Shown here: one piece after another, positions 51,151-63,026 of the stretch
How the letters are laid out: each line of letters begins with the position of its first letter
Position numbering within the stretch: position 1 is the stretch's first letter
Assembly (NCBI RefSeq): GCF_006345805.1
Contig: NC_042997.1
Coordinates: forward strand, 100,006,001-100,070,000
Length of the DNA stretch: 64,000 bases
Direction of reading: 5' to 3'
Source: Octopus sinensis
Lineage: Eukaryota
The notes under the pieces: model-generated
What the model was told of the DNA's origin: nothing
Seen by the model: only the letters and a program-made list of their open reading frames with translations
Database searches by the model: none
Position numbers and translations under genes: made by a program

Positions 51151-52184
51151 CATTCTCCAAAGTGGCAGAGGGAATAGAGCAAAACAAGATAAACTGTTGG
51201 ATAGTTCAGTTCAAGATCAAAAGCGCTGAAATGCAAGGAAAAAGAACAGAGAGCAGATCATTAGTGTTTTTGTAATAGATGTTACAGTGACTCAGGCAAA
51301 ATGCCGTGATTTCTTTTCATTTTGTGTCTGGTATGCATCTACCTACAGATTTGTGTGAATATTGTTTTCTGTACAATTTGTGGTGAGCTTACTGTGATCG
51401 CTGCAGGATATAGTGATTTAGACTTTTTTTTTAAAGTTTTTCATTCCTTTTCCCTTTTTCTCCCTATTTTTCTTTCCCTTCCATTCATGTCTGTACGTGG
51501 TTTGTTGGCAAAAATCATATTTTCATTCGAGCAGGTTATAAAAGCATTAAAGCAATTACCCCCATTCATATTTACACATGGTTTGTTGGTGAAAATCAGA
51601 TTTTCATCCAAACAGGTTAGAAAAACATTAAAACAATATAGACTTGGTTCCATCTGACCGATAACGATGCAGACGTTTGTCAATATGCATGTGTGTATAT
51701 GATTAACATATTCTCATGCAAAAGCCCAGAAATCGTAGTAACTACTTGTTGAGGTGTGCGAAGACTGTCATGTAGTCATGCAGTCGTCGCAAACATTTGG
51801 TTGTCTGGAAGTAATGATTAGAGAAATTGAAGCGGGTATATTATCCTCACACCGAAATGTAATCCATTTAATGTAAACAATTTCCTCTTTCATTTTACCG
51901 TCTTATAAAAACAGATTTCCGTCTGGTCGAGAGGCAAGATGCCTTCAAAATCGAAAGTTGTTTTTGGCAAGAACACTGTCACCAGATTCTAAGTAACCTA
52001 TTTTGAAGCAGTTTTGAAATATATTTTTGGTTACTGACGGTGGCGATGATGAATATAAGAATCCACTTGAAAGCTTGACATTCCTTCACTTGTTGAAATT
52101 CATTTACCTGCATGCTCAATAGTTCTGGGTTTTAAATATTTCAGGACTGACATTATAAAATGAATTATACTCTTGTCTTAACTG

Positions 52185-52307
52185 ACAACTCACCTAGCAG
52201 AGGTAACTGGTAAGGCTCGTGAGGGTGCTTGGCTGTTCCCACGCACCTGCCTCACCATCACCCGCAGCAACGCTGCAAGTGTGCTGGCGTGCCTCAATAG
52301 CCATTAG
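52185..52307 (+). mobile_element. CRE-type ORF C-terminal fragment, opposite orientation to 47853-51150
   Basis: Reads AWLFPRTCLTITRSNAASVLACLNSH*. Homologous to ~47940-48005(-). Confidence 0.7.
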
Positions 52308-52639
52308 AGAGGTTTCCCAACGCCCCCATTTTCAACCTAAAGTGGTGAATTGTTTTGGGCTTTATTTTGTTTTTCTTTCTTTTTAATTTTTCAGTTGTAT
52401 TCTCTGTTTTGTCCAATTTTCTAAATTAATTTTGTAAAACTATCGAGCATTATCGAAATAATTTTTTTTTGTCAAGGTCACATTTAATTTCATTTCAAAT
52501 TTAGAAAAGCTATAGTATTTAATCATTATTATTATTATCATAAAAATATTACTAAGTCCATCTAGCTACTTGGTGCGTGAACTTAGTTTGCACAAGGTCT
52601 GTGCCCAGCATCTGTCGTATATTTAAAATATTGGCATTC

Positions 52640-52850
52640 TTTCGATATGAGTCCCATTTACGTCACGTGTATTTGTTTACATTTAAAGAAGGTCGTCACT
52701 TTCCGTAAAATTTTTATTTTTTTATATATGTGGGGGGTTAGGGTTGGGGGTGGGGGACGGGTGTCTTTTCAAGTCAGCGTAATGTAAATAAACCCACGTG
52801 GATTTATAAGTGACAGTTATGTTACTAGTAACGAATGATCGCCAAAATAT
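52640..52850. promoter_or_regulatory. CpG-retaining promoter-like segment
   Basis: Overlapping TTACGTCA/CACGTG (52658-52669) and a second CACGTG (52795-52800), within a CpG-rich domain of ~51.6-57.7 kb. Confidence 0.25.
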
Positions 52851-52856
52851 TTAGTA

Positions 52857-55800
52857 TGGGGTGGAAGGAATACCGGAAGGAGGGAGAGATGATGTCGCGC
52901 TGGCGAGTGAGAAGAAAACTTTCCCTTTTTCAAGCTATCTCTGACTGAGGCGAGACGTTGCGATAGAGAGGTCGTGACAACACTTGTATAAATCTGCCAG
53001 CGTAACCCGATTGCCAGTAGAGGTAAGAAGGACTTAATTTACGTGCCTTCAAACCACAAGCTATTTCGGCACGTTGTTACCAGCTGCGTGGATATGTCCA
53101 AGAAATGAATTTTTTATATTTTTCTGTTGCTCTTGTTCTTTTTATTGTAATGGCCACAAAAATCTGAATCGGTTGTGATGTGTTGAGACTGTTCACTGGA
53201 GAAGGCGATGTGGTGGCCTGGATAAAGAAGGTGAGACTCGTGGAAAAGTTGCAGGGAATAGATGTGGCTAGCTTTACGCCGTTGTACTTAGAAGGCATTG
53301 CACTCAATCTCTACCTGGAGGTAGCTGAGGCGGACCAAGAGAAACCGGAAAAAATTGAAGAAAGGTTGAAACGGGGGGTGGTCTTTTAAAGCCTACAGCA
53401 AGATCGGGAGACTGAGAGGGACCGGCTAGCAGATAGATGATTACGTGAGCAAGATTAGGAGGTTAGTGGGCCTAGCAGGGTTTACTAGAGCAGTAATGAA
53501 ACGGATGCTGAAGCTGGCTTTTGTGACCGGCTTCCCCGACCATATCTCTATACGTCTGCAGCAGATGCCGGACATCGAAACGATGTCGGTAGGAGAGTTG
53601 ATTGATAAATAGCGGGTGTTGTCACAAAGCGGCACCCGCGACGTAGCGGCAACAATGACCGCGTATACAAACGGGACGAAGAGGCAGGCAGCAAACAACG
53701 ACAGCAAGAGTCTGGCGTGGCGAATGGCCAAGGGATCATGCTTCAGATGTCGAATTCCGCACATGGTCAAGGAATGCACGGAACTGAAGCCAATGTGGTG
53801 GTGTGTTTCTGATGCGGTCATCCAGGGTACATAGAGAATAACTGCAAGCAGAAAAATGAACAAAGGGGGACTACTGCGCCACTAGTTCCCTCTAATACCA
53901 ATTGAAGGCGTACCACCGAACGTTGCCTGTAGTGAGGCTTATGGTGGGGGCGAGGGAAGCATGGGCCCTCGTGAATACGGGTTGCACAACAACTCTGGTG
54001 ACCGCAAGAATGGTTGAGAGCTGGAGAGGCAACACCAGGCTCAGGGCGGTAGATAGTAGGGAGGTCAAATGTAGGGGCGTCAGCGATGTGGAAATGGAGA
54101 TACAGGGGTCTCTGTCGAGGCTGCAGATGATTGTAGTTGATGAGGTAGTGGACAGTGCCGACATAGTGGTCGGAATGGACATGATCACTCGATTAGGTGT
54201 GATGGTTGTCGGGGCAGTAGTAGAGTTTAGTGACCGGTGTGCTGTGTGCCATGGGTGTAGAGCGGGGGAAGAAGACTGTAAGAGTGACAGATTACTGGCA
54301 CAGACAGGGTCTTCCGTTGAAGACGAGGACTTCCTTGCTGAGTTCGACGGCGAAATGTGGATGGTGGAGTACTTCTTGAAAGGAGAATCTCCCGTACTGA
54401 GAAACAGGTTGAGCTGCAATGATCACACCCTGAAAGGAGAAGCTAGATTTGTGTTCGAGACAGAGGTGAACAAGTGGATAGAGGAGAGTATTCTGATGCC
54501 GTGGAGTCAGGAGACAACAGGCGGTGTGCTACCGTTGATGGCTGCGGTTCAGCCGACAAAAAGTAAGGTTCGACTGGTGCTAGACTTCAGGGAACTGAAC
54601 TAGTATTTGTCCTATCATATGGCTGGCAAGGCAGCAGACCTGTGTGGAGAAATCCTTCGTGAGTGGAGGCGAATGAGGGGGGGGGGCGACTACGATCACT
54701 GACCTCAAGTCGGCCTATCTACAGCTCCATGTATCAGAGAAGTTGTGGAAGTACCAACTAGTGAGGTACAGGGACAAGACGTACTGCCTGACTCGACTGG
54801 GTTTCAACTTGAGTTCAACGCCAAAAATCATGGCGAAGGTACTCAAGGCAGTTTTGGGAAAAGAGGCCAAAGTGGAGCAAGCTACCACCTCATATAGCGA
54901 CGATATCTTGGTAGATGAGAATGTGGCATCGGCAGAGGAAATCGTGGACCATCTTAGGAGATTCGGGCTGTAAGAGATACGGCGTTGAAGCTGGAAATAG
55001 GACTTAGAAAGAAGGACGACTTCAACTATATCAATGTAGCTGAACTGGATGTTGTGTTGAAGGGTGTCAACCTAGCATTGAGATGAGGACTGCGAACCGT
55101 CGAGGTCCAGACTGATTCTGCTACAGCGCGAGGGTATGTGGAGTCAGTGATCAACCGGAAGATGATTCGCACGAAATGGGCCGCGGAAATGGTAATTAAG
55201 CGTCGCCTGGGAATCCTGAAAGAGCTAGCTTCCGAATTCGACCTCAAGCTGCATGTCTGTTCGTGCCCTCGGAAAAGAATAAAGCGAACTTTCAAACCAG
55301 AGTGAAAAAGCATTGATTGAAAAGAGTAGAGGATGTTCCAAGTGGGGGTAGCAGTTGTTTGTCGGTTGGAGGACACAGAACTAAGGAGGCTGCACAACAT
55401 GCACCACATGGGGTTGGACAGGACGTTGTTACATGAGGCTTTAGCAAACTAGGAGGGTCGACCCCGATGTCACCAGGGAGAACATTCGGAGGATAGTGGG
55501 GAATTGTAACAGGTACCAATCGGTCGATCCTGTCCTGAGCACACACAAACCAGGAAAGATTCAGGTAGAGGAAGACCAGAAGAGGCTAGCCATTAACGTG
55601 ACGCACTATCGAGGAAAGGTGTTCCTTTCAATGGTCGATTGTGGACCGGGGCGAATGGCTATATGGAAAGATATCAGGGTGAAGATTGTTGCCGATGTCG
55701 CAGAAGTGCTGAATGCAGTGTTCTTGGAAAGGGGGCCTGTAAGATAAGAGCTATTGATGGACAACAGCGCAGTTTTTCACCCAGAGCAGCTGAGAGAGAT

Positions 55801-56520
55801 GCTCGGAAGGTGGAGCACAAGACGCTTTTTCAGAGTTGCATACAGGCCAGGTGGAAACGGAATTGTGGAACGGCACCACCGTACAATTAAAACCATGGCT
55901 GAGAGGGGATGAATCTCCTCTATGAAGGCAGTCTTGTAGTACAACATGTCACCCGGAGTAGGGAAGCCGAAGAGTTAGTCCCGCACAGGGCCGTATTCCA
56001 GTACAAATGGAGACACCCGAGCGTGGTGCCGCAGCAGCTGGAGGTGGAAAGTATTGCATCTGTGCAGGTTGGAGACGAAGTATGGGTGAAGCTCCTTAAA
56101 GCTCGGTGCACAACGCAGTAAGAAAAAGGAAGGTGACCGCAATCAGTACTCTGAATAATGTATCAGTGGATGGAATGCTGCGTCACGTCCTGGATATTCG
56201 AAGGGTGATTAGCTCTTCCGATGATAAAGGGGAGGGAGAAGGCAGCTTCGTGACTCTACGGAGATCTCTAAGGGAAGGTTACCCCCCACCCCAGGTGGAT
56301 GGACGATTACGAGACAGGGGAACGGTGATCTTTATATCATGGGGCGGCGTGTGGTGGAAGGTAAACCGGAAGGGGGAGAGATTATGTCACGTGGGCGAGT
56401 GAGATATAAAGTTTCCATCTTTTTCACGCTGCGGCAGATGCGAGACGTGCCAATAGAGTTCGTGACACCTGTGTTAATTCAATAATCTGCAAGTGATACC
56501 CGATTGCAAGTCGAGGTAAG
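52857..56520 (+). mobile_element. Ty3/Gypsy LTR retrotransposon, degenerate (gag-PR-RT-RH-IN)
   Basis: 5' LTR 52857-53058 (TG…CCACA). PPT GGGGCGGCG, then a 3' LTR from 56350 truncated at ~56520. Zn knuckle CFRCRIPHMVKEC, protease LVNTG, RT VLDFRELN / DLKSAYLQ / YSDDILV, integrase ELLMDN and GNGIVERHHRTIK. Confidence 0.92.
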
Positions 56521-56544
56521 CACGATAATATTTTTATAATTATA

Positions 56545-57225
56545 ATTAAATACTACGGCTTTTCTACTAAGCCCATCTAGCTGTGTGGTGCGTAAGCTTT
56601 GTTTGCCGAAGGTCTTACTCCAGCACTGTCCTACATTTAAAATAGTTTCTCAAATATCGTTCCATTTCTTCGCTGCCCAAAACAGCGAATCAACTGCCCG
56701 ATCAATCGTTCTTTCTTGAATCAACAGATAAGTTATTATTATTATGTGACTTAGTTAATAAATCCCACCTTCGTTCAATATCAAGTTTACCTAGACCACA
56801 TGTAATTTCAGCCTAACTCCCCTTCTCGTTGCAAAATGCTTATGCAATAAATTTGCGATTAATTTAGTAAGTTAGTATATTATTTAGTATATTAATTTAG
56901 TAAGTGAAAGTAAACTGGTTTCGCCGAAAGCGGGTGGTGTAATTATTCTTTACCTCTGCCAATTTAGTCTTAATGTTTTTATAATAGTAAAGATTAAATA
57001 CTAAGGCTTTTCTTCTAAGCCCATCTAGTTATGTGGTATGTAAATTTAGTTTGCACAAGGTCTGTGTCCAGTCTCTGTCGTATATTTGAAATAGTTTCCT
57101 AAATATCATTCCCTTTCTTCGCTCGCTCTTCCTTGAATCAACAGCTTTGATTCAAGTTGTTATTATTTATTATTATTCAAATGTGGCTTACAAGACCTCA
57201 TGTAATTTCATTTCAATTTCAGCCA
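56545..57225 (+). repeat. Diverged tandem duplication (~56545-56815 and ~56990-57225); partial third copy at ~52545-52630
   Basis: Shared CTAAG(C/T)CCATCTAG….GTGGT..GT…TTTG.TTG(C/G)AC.AAGGTCT core. The two right-hand copies end in a CRE 3'-end-like ATGTG(A/G)CTTA segment. Confidence 0.75.
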
Positions 57226-57249
57226 GACTCCTATTCAATTTATATATCA

Positions 57250-57413
57250 ATTTACATCTTGTTTGTTGTCCTCATCTTGTGCAGATCTCGGTGGGAGTAG
57301 CAAACACAATGTTTTGGCTGATATACCATCCAGTCTTCATCAGGTTCTCATTCCTAAGGTGTTATTATTATTATTAAGGTCACTGCCTGGAATCGAACTC
57401 GGAATCTTGGGGG
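57250..57413 (-). mobile_element. Third copy of the tRNA-head / hammerhead-like element (internally deleted)
   Basis: Minus strand CCCCAAGATTCCGAGTTCGATTCCAGGCAGTGACC…CTGATGAAGACTGGATGGTATATCAGCCAAAAC. Confidence 0.75.
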
Positions 57414-58205
57414 TGTGCTTCTTTCAGTTTTCGTATTTTCTAGGGGTGTTCTCTGTCTGTCATTTTAACTTCGTCCCACAGGGAGAGATGGTCTCCATTT
57501 TTCCATACATGATCAACTATACCCGATTTATCAATATCTCCCTGTGTCACAGCTTTGCGATGTTCCTCTACCCTTATTTTGAGGGGACGGCATGTTTCGC
57601 CTTTGTATAACTTACCACAGCTGCATGGGATGGAGTGAGTACACGCAGTTCTTGGTCATATTCTCTTCTATTGGTGGTTTTACTCGAAGGAAATGTTTGC
57701 GAAGTGTTGTATTACTTTTGAATATTGTCCTGATGTCATATGGACCGCATATCTTTTGTATCTTTTCGGAGAGGCCTTTCACATAGGGTAGACAGAATGT
57801 GGACAGTTTATCGGTTTCATCCACTCTTTTCTTCATAATTGGAGTGGAGAGTATGCTTTCGGAGTAGTTGTTGCTTAATAGATTGTTACTGAACTTGATC
57901 ATTTCTTCGTGGTGTGTATCACGATCGCTACTTATATTCATTGCTCGATGTTTTAGGCACTGAGCAATCCCCCTCTTTACACTGTATGGATGGTGGGAGT
58001 TGAAATTGAGGTATCGTCCAATGAAGGTCGGCTTGCGGTATACGGATGTCCTGGTGCGTGTTATTAATACGTCCAGGAATGCTAGCTGATTGTCTTTTTC
58101 TTTTTCAATTGCGAACTGTGTGGATGGCTTTATTGAGTTCACATGATCTAACAGCACTTGGACATCTTCTTTGTGGGGCCAGAGTATGAAGGTGCAGACT
58201 GTGTG
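57414..58205 (-). mobile_element. Penelope-like element fragment (RT thumb + GIY-YIG endonuclease)
   Basis: LAFLDVLI, VYRKPT…RYLNFNSHHP and LPYVKGLSEKI. After a frameshift: CVYS-IPCSCGKLYKGETCRPLKIRVEEH…SGIVDHVW. Confidence 0.92.
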
Positions 58206-58214
58206 CCTGTAGTA

Positions 58215-58770
58215 GAAAGTATTATTGTTATTATTATTATTATTATTATTATCATCGAGTGAGAGAGCAGTGCATGCCATCAAAGTGACACTGGAGTAAA
58301 ATATATGAAGCCCAGTATACCTATCATGACTACCCGTCTGGTAAGGGCACACCAGGCACATCCATCATAACCATATGTGTGCGACATGGTGATCTTATAT
58401 CAAGATTAACAGTGCATAACATTGCAGGTGGAGTCCAGTTAAAATTTTCTTCAGGTCGAGTATCCCATCCTGCTCAAAAGGTCCCTGAATAAGGATTGTT
58501 TAAAGATGTTGAACGAAAACCCATGTTTCCAGAGGTGAATTATCCAAACCCCAGAGAATTTCTTTCAACACATTGCTATGATGCTCCCCAACACTTCTGC
58601 TTGCGATCAGAGATGCACATATCATCAGCCACTAAGGGACATGCTCAAATAACTGACAGGCAAATCTGTGGTTTTGAGCAGAATATTTGTTGTAGCCCAT
58701 CTTTTATACCAAGACAAAACATGTACATGATAACACTTCCAATCAGTTAAGATGAGAAGCCATGAAAGTC
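58215..58770 (-). mobile_element. Unclassified retroposon 3' fragment with (AAT)n tail
   Basis: Non-coding segment ending in a (TTA)n run on the plus strand, abutting the Penelope fragment. Family assignment is from recall only. Confidence 0.4.
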
Positions 58771-58808
58771 TGGTACTGCATCAGGGCTATTATAATTATT
58801 ATTATTAA

Positions 58809-60125
58809 GTTGGCAAGCTGGCAATCTTCTTAACACACTGGATGCTTAGCAGCATTTCTTCTGGCTTTGCATTCTGAGTTCAAGTTCTACTGATGTCAGC
58901 TTTGCTTTCATCCCTTTGGTGTTGATAAAATAAGTACCGGTTGAGCAATGGGTTGATGTAATCAACTAGTCCCTCCTACCCCACAGTTACAGGCCTGGTG
59001 CCTATAATAGAAAGGATTTTTATTATTACAGCAGCCAGCTAGCAGAATTGTTAGTATACCAGACAAAACGCTTGGCAGCATTTCTTTCCACTTTTACATT
59101 ACGAGTTCAAATTCCACTGTGGTCAACTTTGCAGTTCATCTTTTGGGGTCAATTAAATAAGTACGAGTCAAGTACTGGGGAGCCTGGTCCAATGTACTTG
59201 ATTAATCCCCTCCCCCTGAAATTGCTGACCTTGTGCCAAAATTAAAAAGAATTATTATTATATAGATATGTGTCAGTAATAATAGTAATTTGTAACAACA
59301 GCAGTGGAGGTGCATGGCTTAGTGGTTAGGACATTGGACTCACGATTGTAAGATTGTGGTTTCAATTCCTGGACCAGAGATGCATTGTGCTCTTGAGCAA
59401 AAACATTTCACTTCACATTGCTCAGTCCACTCAGCTGTACCACTAGTGGAGGTGTGTCACTTAATGGTTAGGGTGTTGGATTCACAACTGTAAGATTGTG
59501 GTTTCAATCCCTGGACCGGGCAATCTGTAGTTCTTGAGCAAAACATTTCACTTTACGTTGCTCCAGTCCTCTCAGCTATAGAAATGAGTTTAACCTGGAG
59601 AGGGGTGGGCTCTGCCAGGCTTTCTCACACTAGATATGCTGTATGGCTGCGTAACCCTAACAGGTTAAAGGACTTATCAACAGCAGCAATGATAATGATA
59701 GTTTCTGACTTAGGCAGAAACTAATAGAAAGGAGTATAGTCAATTACATCAATCACAGTACTCAACTGATACTTATTTCATTGATGAAAGGCAAAGTCAA
59801 CCTCAACGGAATTTGAACTCAGAATGTAGAGATGGGCAAAATACCGCTACGCTTATCACCTGGCATGCTAATGATCCTGCCAGCTTGCCACCTTAATAAA
59901 AATAACAATAATCCTTTCTATTATAGGCACAAGGCCTGAAGTTTTGGGGGAGGAGACTAGTCAATTACCTCAACTCCAGAATTTCACTGGTACCTAATTT
60001 ATTGGCCCCCAAAAGGATGAAAGACAAAGTTAACCTTGGCAGAATTTGAACTCAGAATGTAGTGATGGGTGAAATACTGCTAAGCATTTCACCTGGCGTG
60101 CTAACGATCCTGCCAGCTTGCCGCC
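58809..60125. mobile_element. SINE cluster: two plus copies, two tandem SINE heads, two minus copies
   Basis: 58809-59025(+) and 59031-59260(+); heads at 59307-59446 and 59448-59590; 59692-59892(-) and 59901-60125(-). More minus copies at ~61560-61750 and ~62065-62245. Confidence 0.82.
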
Positions 60126-60229
60126 TTCACTGTTGATAGTAGTGATGATGATAATACTTTCCAATATAGGCACAAGGCATGAATTTGGGGTTGGGAGCTA
60201 ATCAATTACATTGATGACAACCCCTTTTG

Positions 60230-61130
60230 TGAAACTTGAAAAAGTTGATGAGCTTTGCCAAACAGGAGAATGCCTGTCTTCAGTTTTTCGTTCTCATCTA
60301 CCAAGCAATTTCTTTTTGCCAAAGCCACCAGACAAAGACAGCCTGTCTATTCCAGGTAAGGGAGGGTTGAGGTATGTTCTTCACAATGGAATCAACAAAT
60401 AGCTGGATCTATCCCACACATGATTGCAAGGACATGTTGAGGAGAATTTTGACATGACTTATGCCTCATTTAGCAGTTAAATTAGGTCCAGGATCTTTCC
60501 TAGGTTTTCTGATTTCACCTGTAATAAGTCCTTCAAATCTATTCTGGACCTATATTTTTTAACATCCAGTAAAATATGACTTCGCTCTAGGATGACCCAC
60601 CAGATATCTGGCTCTGGTGGTATGCCAGATATTTTCACCTTTGTTGATTGTCTTCCCAAATAAGTGGGAAAGGGGATAAATTCCTCACTCTTAGAGGAGA
60701 CAACACAATGTTTAATTGCAAGGGCTTCATTGAGAGATATCACTTTAACAGCCCTGGTAATGAAGTTTACATCCATTCATATTCCATACCTGCATCTTTC
60801 CACTTAGGCATGTGTGGCCATTTCCGCATGCCAATTTCTCAGTGATGCACACTTAAATTATCATGCATCTGGAATTGCTTCCAGTTATTTTCCAGGCTTT
60901 TTGTTTGTATATTTTTACAAGATGTTTTGTGATTTTTAAATTGGTGTGTTTGTCTACCATAAAAATCTGTATGTTATTTGATGCCACTTTTTGTATAGAA
61001 TTTAGTTTTTGTGGTATTGCTTTCAGTGGTGTCATTGGTGGTGATGGTGGCAGGGGAAATATTGAAGATAGCAGCAATGGTGGGGATGGTGCTTTGTTAA
61101 CTTTTGTTTGTTTCTTTTATAATTACTGTC
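60230..61130 (-). pseudogene. Possible non-LTR ORF1 (gag/RRM-like) relic
   Basis: FIPFPTYLGRQSTKVKISGIPPE resembles the RRM-like region of L1/Tx1-type ORF1. Pro-rich upstream segment and broken frame. Confidence 0.35.
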
Positions 61131-63026
61131 ACTACTAACGACCATGACGACAGTGGTAGTGGTGGTGGGGTGATAATGGTGCTTTTATTGACATGATACG
61201 CTGCTTTGCTTACCGTTTTACTATTGTTGTTGTTAACCAATGCTGCAAGGGTGTTGGCGACATATGACAGTTTGCTATTCTCATTATTTGGCATGTTATT
61301 GTTGTTTCTGTACATGTAATATTTTAGATTTTGTACTTTGGGGAAGAGAGAATCTTCATTTATCTTCCTTTCGAAACTCTCTTGCTTTTTCTCTCTTACC
61401 TTTCCTCTCTAGCTGGTTGGTTGGTTGGTTGTTTGTTGAAAGCAAGAATTCCACAATTTTGAAAGTTTTTTTTTACCAAAGTGATAAGAAACAAAGTGTG
61501 CTAACCTGCTCACTGGGCTCTTGGTTAACTTAACAATAGATATTTAACAGATATTAGTTTCAAAATTTGGCATAAGGCCAGCAATGTAAGGAAAGGCAGT
61601 AAGTCAATTACACTGACCTCAGTACTCAACTGGTACTTATTTTATCGACCCCAAAAGGATGTCAACCACAGCAGAATTTGAACTCAGGATGTAAAGATGG
61701 ATATAATTCCTCTAAGTATTTTGCCTGGTGTGTTAACGATTCAGTTCACCACCTTTAGGTATAAAACAGATATTAACAAGGAAATTGTATATAGATATAT
61801 GATTATAGTAAAACTTATGGAATACATATTGTTGTACAATAATAATTATCACTGGCATATGGTGGTTGTTGTACTGGGTGCACTACCACACCCAATGCCA
61901 CCAAATTTCAAGCAGGAGTAAACAAAAGTTTTCATTAAGATTTGTGATTAAATTTATAAGTAAGGTTAATATTTATAATGAATTTGCCATTTCGACAGGT
62001 GTTCTGCATGCATCTAGCACACCTAGAATATACACTCCTGATAATTATAGTAATGGTTTCTGATTTAGGCGCAAAGGCAGCAATTTTGTGGGAAGAAGGT
62101 TAGATAATACCATCAACCCCAGTTCTTAGAATTGGCAGGTGAAAGCCAAAGTTGACATCGGTTTTGAACTCAGAATGTAACGAGTTGGAGCAAGTTCCAC
62201 AAAGCATTTTTTCTACTGCTTTAACAATTCTACCAGCTTGCTGCCAATGATGACTACAGCAACAATGACGATGGTGACAGCAATGATGCTGATGGTGACA
62301 ATGATGATTCTAAAGTACTCAATAATACAAGAAAAGTGAAATAAAACAAATAATGAGGTTGAAAAACTCAGGAAGGTTCATTATCTGAATTATTCTAAAA
62401 GTAGTTAGGGGAAATATTGTGACAATATTACCTGTGTGTAGAAGGTGGAACAGTGTTCTGGAAAGGAGGAACCAGGTATAGTGATTTGGTAGGAAGTGTT
62501 GGAGAGAGAATAAGGGAGATGAGTGGAGAAAAGAGTTGGATGAGAATGCCTTGGTGAAAGTAGAATGAGACCAGCCAACTCTAAGGAGCAGGGGCTATTA
62601 TAGTAGCAGTAGAAAAGGCAGAGAGAAGAGACACCGTTCCTGCGAGTAGAGGCTGGAGTGTGTCTCTGAGTGACTTTATATCAATCATTTGGATGGCCTT
62701 TTGCTAGATGCAGTCTACAATGTCTGTATGCAGTGCCATTACCACCCCAGAGATACAATATTTCATAAGAGCAATATTCCAAAATGCGCCTTACTTGATC
62801 TTAGTTAAATAAAGGTTCTAATATTCAGACTTTTAAAGTGAAAATGACTTCAACTGGGGATTAAAACTAGATTGTATTATTCCTTCTTAGGAACTTACTG
62901 CACTGACACTCTCTATTATTGTTAATTAAACAAGTTAATTAAGAATTAAAATTTTACAATGTTTTTCATACTTTAACTGTGCCACCGATCAATCAAATCT
63001 TGATAACTTGCACCTGCTCTGAGTGT

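Noticed and set aside
53902-54603. 233-aa ORF as a host gene
   Set aside because: It is the Gypsy protease/RT-start region (catalytic Asp replaced by Asn) inside a broken pol.
57612-58361. 249-aa ORF as an intact gene
   Set aside because: The N-terminus comes from an unrelated repeat and an (AAT)n tail. The rest is a 5'-truncated, frameshifted Penelope ORF.
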